This document shows, one piece after another, positions 29,521 to 38,200 of a stretch of DNA of 64,000 nt (the first letter of the stretch is position 1; every line of letters begins with the position of its first letter). The position numbers and the translations under genes were made by a program. Under the pieces are notes generated by a model. That model was not told the DNA's origin and made no database searches. It saw nothing but the letters and a program-made list of their open reading frames with translations. The DNA is taken from assembly GCA_963677495.2 (NCBI GenBank), contig CAXXOU010000001.1:288001-352000 (forward strand). The letters run 5' to 3'. This stretch comes from Candidatus Cloacimonadales bacterium. GTDB taxonomy: Bacteria > Cloacimonadota > Cloacimonadia > Cloacimonadales > JAFGVF01.

Positions 29521-29566
29521 AGGTTAAAGTTTTTTTTGCAATAGTGATTGTTCATATTTCAACAAT

Positions 29567-29716
29567 CTCTTATTGCTCTATCATAATAATAAGTTCTAAA
29601 AGATGTTTCTCTACCCCTTTTCTCACCACTCTCTTATCTGTTTTCCCCAGTGATGCCCAAGAGACTCTTGGAAATAGAATCAGCATCTATGCCTTATTAT
29701 GATGGAGCAGTGAGAG
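29567..29716 (+). repeat. 11-nt-periodic rod inverted repeat, subtype A (internally diverged copy)
   Basis: 22-bp TIR ctcttattgctctatcataata/tattatgatggagcagtgagag (three G-U, no other mismatch); 150 bp; 3' arm aligns without gaps to the 50491 copy. Confidence 0.75.
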
Positions 29717-29856
29717 TTTAAACATTGTTTGGTTTATCTTCACAAACTGATATTTATGGGCTTTTCTGTTCAAAAGTCTGGTAGAACCAGGTGCCATCCC
29801 TTGAATCACTTTTGGATTTCAGGCTTGTGTCCATTACTACTCTTATCCCCATCGCT

Positions 29857-29994
29857 TCTTTCAGCAGTAATTAGTGATATAAAACTGGTTTTATCCTGGG
29901 GATAGGTGGGTTAAATCTTGGTAATTAGGCCAAGAATAGGCCAAGTGTTTGCCAAGGGTTTACCAAGTGTCTACCAAGAATTACTGCTGAAAGA
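29857..29994 (+). repeat. 11-nt-periodic rod inverted repeat, subtype B (CCAAG core)
   Basis: TIR tctttcagcagtaatt/aattactgctgaaaga; ccaag at 29930, 29941, 29952, 29963 and 29974. Confidence 0.85.
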
Positions 29995-30117
29995 TGAAGG
30001 GAAAAATAGTGAAGAAGAGGGAGCTGAAAAGGTTGCTTATGAAGAGTGGAATAGATATTAATTGACATAGTGTTAAATCTATGTAACTTTGAGCTACTTT
30101 AATGTTTAGGATTATAG

Positions 30118-30555
30118 ATGGAAATACAGATAAAACAGATGAGAGAAGAGCATCTGAAAGATATATTACCGATTGAAGCAGAGCTTTTTACTGAACCTTG
30201 GCAGACTGAATTCTTTAATTTTGAGATTAAGCAAGGAGACTCAATAGTTGCTTATAATGAAGGCAAGCTGGTTGGATATGTTTGCGGGTTTGCAGTATTA
30301 GATGAGTTTTCAATATCTAATGTTGGAGTATCAAAGAGAATTCAAAGACACGGAGTGGCGTATAAAATGCTGAAGCATCTGATTGATAAGAAGATTAGTG
30401 ATGGTACTATTGTTTTTTACTTAGAGGTAAGAGAATCTAATATCTCTGCTATTAATCTTTACAGGAAATTAGGTTTTGGGACAATAGGCAAAAGGCGAAA
30501 CTATTATAAGCATCCTCTTGAAGATGCGATAGTTATGAAGTATGAACATCAATAG
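30118..30555 (+). CDS. rimI: Ribosomal-protein-alanine N-acetyltransferase
   Basis: LEVRESNISAINLYRKLGF...RRNYY...EDAIVM. Confidence 0.93.
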   Translation: MEIQIKQMREEHLKDILPIEAELFTEPWQTEFFNFEIKQGDSIVAYNEGKLVGYVCGFAVLDEFSISNVGVSKRIQRHGVAYKMLKHLIDKKISDGTIVFYLEVRESNISAINLYRKLGFGTIGKRRNYYKHPLEDAIVMKYEHQ

Positions 30556-30570
30556 ATAAATCGAGACAAA

Positions 30571-32166
30571 ATGAAAAACTATGATTATTTAGTGATTGGA
30601 AGTGGGATAGCAGGTTTAATATTTGCTCTTGAGACTTCCCAATGGGGCAAAGTTGCTGTTGTAACTAAGAAAGAGATAACAGCCTGCAATACTGATTATG
30701 CACAAGGTGGGATAGCTGCAGTTCTAAGTGAACACGATACATTTGAAGAGCACATCAAGGACACTTATATTGCCGGAGCTAAGCTGGGCAAAAAAGGTGT
30801 GATGGAGCAAATTATCAAAGAAGGACCTGATGTAATTCAGTATTTATTGGATCTAGGCACAAAGTTCACTGTTGATAGTAATTCAAACCGCTCTTTAATG
30901 GAGAACTTACGTCTCACTAAGGAAGGTGGTCATTCACATCATAGAGTCGTTTACGGAGCAGATTCTACCGGTCACCTTATCATGGAAGCGTTAATAGACA
31001 ATTGCCGAAAAAATGAGAACATAGATATTTATGAGAATCACATGGCTGTGGATTTGATAACACAACATCACATACCCCAGTTAAATGAGTTCATTGCACG
31101 CATATCCTGCTGGGGAGCATATGTGATGGATTGTGAATCTAACAATATAGAACTCTTTAGAGCGAAGAAAACAATGCTTGCAACCGGGGGTGGATCACAA
31201 GTTTATTCTCATAACACAAATCCTGATATTGCAACAGGTGATGGGATTGCAATGGCAAGGTTAGCAGGAGCAAGACTTGCCAATATGGAGTTTGTTCAGT
31301 TCCACCCTACAGCATTTTATTCCCCGGAAGGGAAAACCTTCTTAATCAGTGAAGCTCTTCGTGGAGAAGGTGCAATTATTAAAGCAATAAATGGGGATGA
31401 GTTTATGACAGATTATCATCCACAAGGTTGTTTAGCACCACGTGATGTTGTATCACGTTCTATTGATGCTGAGATGACCAGGCGTAGCGATAAGCATGTC
31501 TATCTTGATGCAACCCATCTTGATGCTAATAAACTGAAAGAGCACTTCCCTTATATTGATAAGAAATGCAGGAAGTATGGAGTTGATTTTACAAAGCATC
31601 CTATACCTATTACACCTGCAGCACACTATTTTTGTGGAGGTATTCTTACAACAACTGACGGTCAAACAGACATAAGGAACTTATATGCAGCAGGTGAAGT
31701 TGCTTGTACCGGTTTACATGGTGCCAATAGGCTTGCCTCGAACTCATTACTGGAAGCTGCAGTGATTGCTTTTAATGCTGCTCATAGTCGAAAGATAAAA
31801 GAGGATGTCAGATTTCCTGAGATTCCGGAATGGAAAGACTTAGGTAGTTTCAATGAACCTGAGTGGGTCGTAATCTCACATAACAGAGAGATTATCGGCA
31901 GAATCATGCAGGGCTATGTTGGAATTCGACGAACCAGAAGACTTTTGAACTATGCACTTTCCAGACTTGAAAATATATATACAGAGATTAATAATTTCTA
32001 CGGTCATAACTCTGTGAGAAAAGAAGTTATTGAGACAAGGAATCTTGCGATTATTGCAACAATGATAATACGCTCTGCATTAGCAAGAAAAGAAAGTAGA
32101 GGTGCCCATTTCGTAGTGGATTATCCTCAACAAAATGACAACTATTTAAAAGATACAATAATATAA
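30571..32166 (+). CDS. nadB: L-aspartate oxidase
   Basis: IGSGIAGL, YAQGGIAAV, EGGHSHHR, EFVQFHPT, GLHGANRLASNSLLE and ESRGAHF. Confidence 0.95.
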   Translation: MKNYDYLVIGSGIAGLIFALETSQWGKVAVVTKKEITACNTDYAQGGIAAVLSEHDTFEEHIKDTYIAGAKLGKKGVMEQIIKEGPDVIQYLLDLGTKFTVDSNSNRSLMENLRLTKEGGHSHHRVVYGADSTGHLIMEALIDNCRKNENIDIYENHMAVDLITQHHIPQLNEFIARISCWGAYVMDCESNNIELFRAKKTMLATGGGSQVYSHNTNPDIATGDGIAMARLAGARLANMEFVQFHPTAFYSPEGKTFLISEALRGEGAIIKAINGDEFMTDYHPQGCLAPRDVVSRSIDAEMTRRSDKHVYLDATHLDANKLKEHFPYIDKKCRKYGVDFTKHPIPITPAAHYFCGGILTTTDGQTDIRNLYAAGEVACTGLHGANRLASNSLLEAAVIAFNAAHSRKIKEDVRFPEIPEWKDLGSFNEPEWVVISHNREIIGRIMQGYVGIRRTRRLLNYALSRLENIYTEINNFYGHNSVRKEVIETRNLAIIATMIIRSALARKESRGAHFVVDYPQQNDNYLKDTII

Positions 32167-32176
32167 CGGGGGAGTT

Positions 32177-32794
32177 TTGAAAGGATTGTTTATTACTTTC
32201 GAAGGGATTGAAGGTAGTGGTAAAAGTACTCAAGTGAGATATTTAAAAGAGTGGCTTGAATCACTTGGGCATAAGGTGTTGTTAACTCGAGAACCGGGTG
32301 GTCCTCAGATATCAGAGGAGATAAGGAAACTTCTATTAAATCCGGAATATCCTGAAATGTTACCTGAAACTGAATTGTTGCTGTATATGGCAAGCAGAAG
32401 TCAGCATACCGGAGAGTGGATAATACCGGCTTTGGAAGAGGGGAAAATCGTGATATGTGATAGATATTTTGATTCTACAATCGCCTATCAGGGTGCAGCA
32501 AGGAAGATTGATTTGGATTGGATCGATAAACTCACTGATTACGCTACTTACTCTCACAAACCAGACGTAACATTTTTATTAGACATTACAGTTGAAACCA
32601 GCCTTGAACGTATTTCTCAACGAAGTTGGGATAGGATCGAAAATGAAGCTGTTGAGTTCCATAAAAAGGTTCGAGACGGTTTCTTAGCATTAGCTGAAAG
32701 AGAACCGGATCGAATAATAAAACTTGACGGTGACCTTCCGCAAGTTAATATATCAGAACTTATTAAACAAGAAACTTTAAAATATTTAGGATGA
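32177..32794 (+). CDS. tmk: Thymidylate kinase
   Basis: FITFEGIEGSGKSTQ, TREPGG and CDRYFDSTIAYQG; TTG start. Confidence 0.97.
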   Translation: MKGLFITFEGIEGSGKSTQVRYLKEWLESLGHKVLLTREPGGPQISEEIRKLLLNPEYPEMLPETELLLYMASRSQHTGEWIIPALEEGKIVICDRYFDSTIAYQGAARKIDLDWIDKLTDYATYSHKPDVTFLLDITVETSLERISQRSWDRIENEAVEFHKKVRDGFLALAEREPDRIIKLDGDLPQVNISELIKQETLKYLG

Positions 32795-32804
32795 GGTCTT
32801 TTTT

Positions 32805-34421
32805 ATGAAACGAACATTGAGAATTGTCTTACTAGTCCTTATTTGGGTTGCTGTAGGGGCGGCAAGCTTTAGAACAGCGTACTTATACGCACAAAACAGT
32901 AAGCCTAAAAAAACTGATATCTATACTAATTTGCATCTATTCAACCAGGTTCTTGACAGACTTAAGAAGAACTATGTTGAAGACTTGGATAATGAAGAGC
33001 TGATTGAAAGTGCGATTGAGGGTATGCTTAAAGAGTTAGACCCACATACAAGTTTCTTTACTGCTGATGAATTTGAAGACTTCACATCCGGAACAAAGGG
33101 TGAATTTGGTGGATTAGGAATTCGAATTGATAAGAAAGGTGACTATATCACAGTAGTCAGCCCTATGGAAGGTACTCCTGCTTATAAGATGGGTATAATG
33201 TCCGGTGACAAAATCATAAAAGTTGATGGTGAAAGTGTCGTAGCAGTTGATACCGATGATGCCATTAAATTGATGCGAGGAGAAAAAGGCTCAAAAGTTG
33301 TTATAACTATTCAACGACCCGGTGTGAAAGAGCCATTAGACTTTGAGATTATTAGAGATATTATCAAAATCCAGAGCGTTCCATATGCTTTCACAACTGA
33401 ATCCGGCATTGGATATGTAAAAGTTAATCAATTCAATGCTAACACTACAAGAGAGTTCCGCTCAGCACTTGATGATCTTGAAAAAGAGGGAATTCGAGGA
33501 CTAATTATTGACCTTAGATATAACCCGGGTGGACTTCTATCCGAAGCTGTGAATATGGTTAATGAGTTTGTTGGAAAAGACAAGCTAGTAGTATTCACAA
33601 AGGGAAGAGCTAGTGGAACTTCCACTGAATATAAAACCAAATTTAACAGACAGCGTGAAGGTTATCCGGTTGTTGTGTTAGTAAACGAAGCCTCTGCAAG
33701 TGCTGCTGAAATCTTTGCAGGTAATATGCAAGACTATGATAAAGCTGTTGTTCTTGGTAAACAAACGTTTGGTAAGGGCTCGGTACAGCAGCTGTTCCCG
33801 CTTTCAATGGATAAAGGAATCAAGGTTACTGTCTCTCATTACTATATTCCATCAGGTAGATGCATCCATAAGAAGATTAACGATAAAATCTTGCGTGGAA
33901 AAGAAGTAAGTGATGAAGAGAAGAAAAAGGCTGAAGAAGAGATTGAGAATGAGCTTTATAAAACCCTTATCAGAGAACGTGAAGTTCATGGTGGTGGTGG
34001 AATCAAGCCTGATATTGAGCTGGAAAGAAACAAGATTACTAAGTTTGAGATAGAGCTTAGAAGAAAGAATTTATTCTTCAATTATGCAGTGGACTATGCA
34101 GTGGAAAATGGTGAAAAAATAACGGAAGATTTCCAAGTAGATAAAGTCACTTTTGAGAACTTCCTTGATAAAGTCAAAGATGAAGGTATCGAGTACACAG
34201 AAGCTGATGTTGATAGTGCCAGGACATTTATCGAAGTATCATTAGAGAGTGATTTACTAACTAAGAAGTATGGACCTGAGAAAGCTTATCAGCATAACCT
34301 AGAGCTTGATAAACAGTACAATGAAGCGGTTAGAATTTTAGAAACTTATCCAACTTTAGATGCATTGTTTGAATATGCTAAGACACAAAAGATCGAGGGA
34401 AAAGATGTCAAAACAGACTAA
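32805..34421 (+). CDS. ctpA: Carboxyl-terminal processing protease (S41A, PDZ)
   Basis: LDPHT, FGGLGI, DLRYNPGGLL, SASAAEI and TFGKGSVQ. Confidence 0.92.
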   Translation: MKRTLRIVLLVLIWVAVGAASFRTAYLYAQNSKPKKTDIYTNLHLFNQVLDRLKKNYVEDLDNEELIESAIEGMLKELDPHTSFFTADEFEDFTSGTKGEFGGLGIRIDKKGDYITVVSPMEGTPAYKMGIMSGDKIIKVDGESVVAVDTDDAIKLMRGEKGSKVVITIQRPGVKEPLDFEIIRDIIKIQSVPYAFTTESGIGYVKVNQFNANTTREFRSALDDLEKEGIRGLIIDLRYNPGGLLSEAVNMVNEFVGKDKLVVFTKGRASGTSTEYKTKFNRQREGYPVVVLVNEASASAAEIFAGNMQDYDKAVVLGKQTFGKGSVQQLFPLSMDKGIKVTVSHYYIPSGRCIHKKINDKILRGKEVSDEEKKKAEEEIENELYKTLIREREVHGGGGIKPDIELERNKITKFEIELRRKNLFFNYAVDYAVENGEKITEDFQVDKVTFENFLDKVKDEGIEYTEADVDSARTFIEVSLESDLLTKKYGPEKAYQHNLELDKQYNEAVRILETYPTLDALFEYAKTQKIEGKDVKTD

Positions 34422-35043
34422 TGCGAACTTACTATCAATGATGATTTATGTTGTTGATGACGACTCACTTAACATTAAAATATTAAAGCGAAATTTCGAG
34501 AATAATGGATTTACTAATGTACACACTTTTCTTAAAGGTGAGGAGCTAATTTTAGCTTTGGAAAGAGAAGCCCCTGATTTGATACTGTTAGATATTGTGA
34601 TGCCCGGTATGAATGGTTATCAAGTTCTGGAAAAAGTTAAAGATAATCCAATCTGGAACCATATTCCTGTAATTATGCTTACTGGTGTTTCCGGTACTGA
34701 TGAAACTGAAGCTCTTAAAAATAGCTTTGAAAAAGGGGCAATGGATTATATAACTAAACCTTATAAACAGATGGAGCTGATACTTAGAGTAAAATCTGCT
34801 CTGACTATTGAGAAGCAGCGTAAAGACCTAAGGGAAGCATTAGCAAAGGTAAAAACACTGGAAAACTTGCTTCCTATCTGTTCATATTGCAAGAAGATAA
34901 GAAATGATAGTGACTATTGGCAAGATGTTGAAGTATACATATCAGAACATACAGATACTATGTTTAGCCATAGTATCTGCCCGGATTGTTATGAGAAACA
35001 TGTAAAACCTCAATTGCAAGAGAGTATAAAAAAGAATAAGTAA
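34405..35043 (+). CDS. Response regulator: receiver + coiled coil + C-terminal Cys4 (CxxC...CxxC) domain
   Basis: VVDDD, LLDIVMPGMNG and DYITKP; tail LLPICSYCKKIR...SHSICPDC. Start ATG 34405. Confidence 0.88.
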   Translation: MSKQTNANLLSMMIYVVDDDSLNIKILKRNFENNGFTNVHTFLKGEELILALEREAPDLILLDIVMPGMNGYQVLEKVKDNPIWNHIPVIMLTGVSGTDETEALKNSFEKGAMDYITKPYKQMELILRVKSALTIEKQRKDLREALAKVKTLENLLPICSYCKKIRNDSDYWQDVEVYISEHTDTMFSHSICPDCYEKHVKPQLQESIKKNK

Positions 35044-35213
35044 AAGGAAAGGAATAATATAGAAGAGATAACGTGTTTGATTAAGTATTATAAGCTGTGA
35101 CGCTATATATACTATATAGAGAAAAAGTTTGACAGATATTTGTCAAAAATTAATATACTGTCCCAGAATTATTTTTGGATTTTAACGGTCTATATATCAT
35201 ATAAGGAGGAAAT

Positions 35214-38200
35214 ATGACCAAGAAAACTGCAATGTTTATGATGTTACTTGCATTAATGGTTTCATCAATTTTTGCAACCCCTCTATTCGAAGGATTTGAG
35301 GGTACTTTCCCGCCTACCGGCTGGACAAGCGTAATGGTCGCTGATCATGACTGGACACAAGAAGCTGATGCTTATGCTGGCTCAAGTGCTGCAGGTTACG
35401 CAGGAACAGCTAATGCTGGTGAAGCAATTCTTACTTCACCTAGACTTGACTTAACAGCAGGTACTGCTGATAACTTATCTTTCTGGTACAAAGCTGCTGA
35501 TTGGCTTGGTGACCAGAATGAACTCTATGTTGAATATTCATCTGATGGTGGAACAACATGGGTAGAGATTGCTCATTTAATGAATGCTGAAGATTATACT
35601 CAACAGTCTTTTGACTTAGAAGGTCAAACACAGACTGATGATGCTTATATTCGCTTCAGAGCAATTGACCTCTATGGTTATCCTGTATTAGTCGATAATG
35701 TAGTTGGTCCAATGCTTTATGGAACAAATCCAATTGTTGACTTACAAGCTGTTGCTATTAGTGGAAACAACTCACCAACTGTTAATACAGTTACAGATAT
35801 TACTTTAACAGTATTCAATGCAGGTGATGTTGATGCTACTAACTTCGACGTGAAATTGTTTGATGAAAATGATGTAGAACTTGCTACACTTCCTGTAACA
35901 GGCCTTGCTTCTTTAGCAAGTGATGACTATATGCTTTCATTCACACCAACAGTTGCTGGTGCAATGAATGTTTATGGTGCAGTTGTAAGTACAGAAGATA
36001 CAGATGCATCTAATAATGAAACAGGAATGCTTGCTCTTAACGTGCAAGGTGCAGGTACTGCTGTTGTAACTATTGGTGATGCTTCTGAAACTCAATACAG
36101 AACACCTTATAACTTATATTATAAGAGTTCATTAGCTCAGATGATCTACCCTGCTGCAGATATTACAGCCGGTGGTCTTCTTACTGCTATTTCATTCTCT
36201 GCAAGTATCTCTTCAACAGATATCCCTGCAGGTCTTCCAATCAACATTTGGATTGGTGAAACAGCTGACGCTACACTTACAGCTTTCGAAGCTTCAACAA
36301 ACCTTACTCAAGTTTATCAAGGTACAGTTGATTTCGCAGCTGGTGATGCTGATTATATGTTCACTCTTGATACTCCATATGCTTGGGGTGGAAATAATCT
36401 TTTAGTTTCTGTAGAAAGACCTATGGATGCAGATTACTATTCATCATCAGATGTATGGTATAGCACTGCTTGTCCTGAAGGTGAAGTTGCTTACTATCAA
36501 AGTGACTCAACAGCTCCAGACCCAACTATGCCTCCTGCAGCTACTTTAGCTACAGTAAAACCTGACGTTCAACTTTATTTCATGACTTCAGGTCTCGGTT
36601 CAATTTCTGGTGTTGTTACAGACGGAACTAACCCTGTTGCCGGTGTATCTCTTGCACTTGACGGAACAAACTTCAGTGCTATGTCAGCTGCTGATGGAAC
36701 ATATAGCTTCCCATACGTTCCTGCTGATACATATTCAATCATTGCTACAATGCATGGATATGCTGATTCACAGGTTGATGGTGTTGTTGTTACTGAAAAC
36801 AATGATACTATGCAAGATGTTACAATGACAATGCTTCCAATGGTTAACGTAACAGGTCAGGTTCTTGCATCTGATACTGCTGCTGGTATCCAGGCAAGCA
36901 TCGAATTAACTGGTTATGAAAACTACATGGCTGACACAGATGCTATGGGTTACTTCACTATTCCTGTATTTGCAGGTCATGAGTATGCCGGTGTTGCAAC
37001 TGCTGACGGTTATAACAGTGCTAGCTTCACAGCTACAGTTGGAACAACAGACCTTGACTTAGGTACAATCACTGTTACTGAGATTGCTTTCCCTGTAACT
37101 AACGTTGTTGCTGAAGAAGTTGCTTCTGATGCTGTTGTTACTTGGAATCCAGCATTCCAGGGTGGCGGTGGAACAGGTACTGGTTTTGCTCAAGGTTTCG
37201 AAAACGAATTCCCTCCAACAGGTTGGAACGTTCAGATTCTTAATGCTGACGACGGTGCACATTTCCAACAGTTTGGTGAAGTTGCTTACACACCACCTGT
37301 AACTCCTACAGAAGGTTCATTCCAGACTGGTGTTCAGTGGGCTTATACAAACCAAGACGAATGGTTAATCACTAATGCATTTGATTGCCCTGGTGCTTCT
37401 AACTTAACATTCGATTTCTACGGACATTATGGCTCAACTAATGCTGACCATTATGAAGTTAAAGTTTCTACTGACGGTGGAACAACTTGGACAGTTCTTT
37501 GGGATGCTTCTGCACTTCCAGAAGGTGACAATGAATACACTGCTCCTGTAATGATTGACTTAAGCATGTATGCTGGTCAAAACATCACTCTTGCTTGGCA
37601 TTTCTACGATGGTCCAACAGATGATGGTCTTTGGTATTCAACATTTATCGACAACGTAGTTGTTGGTAATGCTACTCAAAGAGTACAGTTTGCCGGTAAC
37701 GACTTCACACACGTAAGTAAAGCTACTCCTTCTGATGTTGTTACATACAACCCAGGAAGAAAATATAAGAATCCAAACGAACCTGTTCATCCTATCGTAA
37801 CTTCACACGATACACGTTCATTCATGGACTACACTGTTTATCGTCTTAACTTCGGTGACGAAGCTGACATGAACTTATGGACAGAACTTGCAACTATCAC
37901 AGATACTACTTATACAGATACTGACTGGAGTACTTTAACAGCCGGTACTTATGAGTATGCTGTTGTTGCTAACTATACTAATAATGTAGCATCTGATGCT
38001 GCTATTTCTAACTGGCTTATCAATGGTATGATGGGTAGCTTAGCAGTTACTGTTACAACTAACGTTGGTACAGTTCCTGTTGGTGCTGAAGTTGTTATCA
38101 CAAGCCAGAACATGAACCCAGACGGTGAATATCCTGTTTACACTGCCATGACAGATGACATGGGTGTTGCTACATTCACTGACGTTTGGTTCTCTACATA

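Noticed and set aside
29930..29980. Possible CRISPR array or iteron set in the periodic repeats
   Set aside because: Units are 11 nt with no unique 25-45 nt spacers, and no cas or rep gene is in the window.
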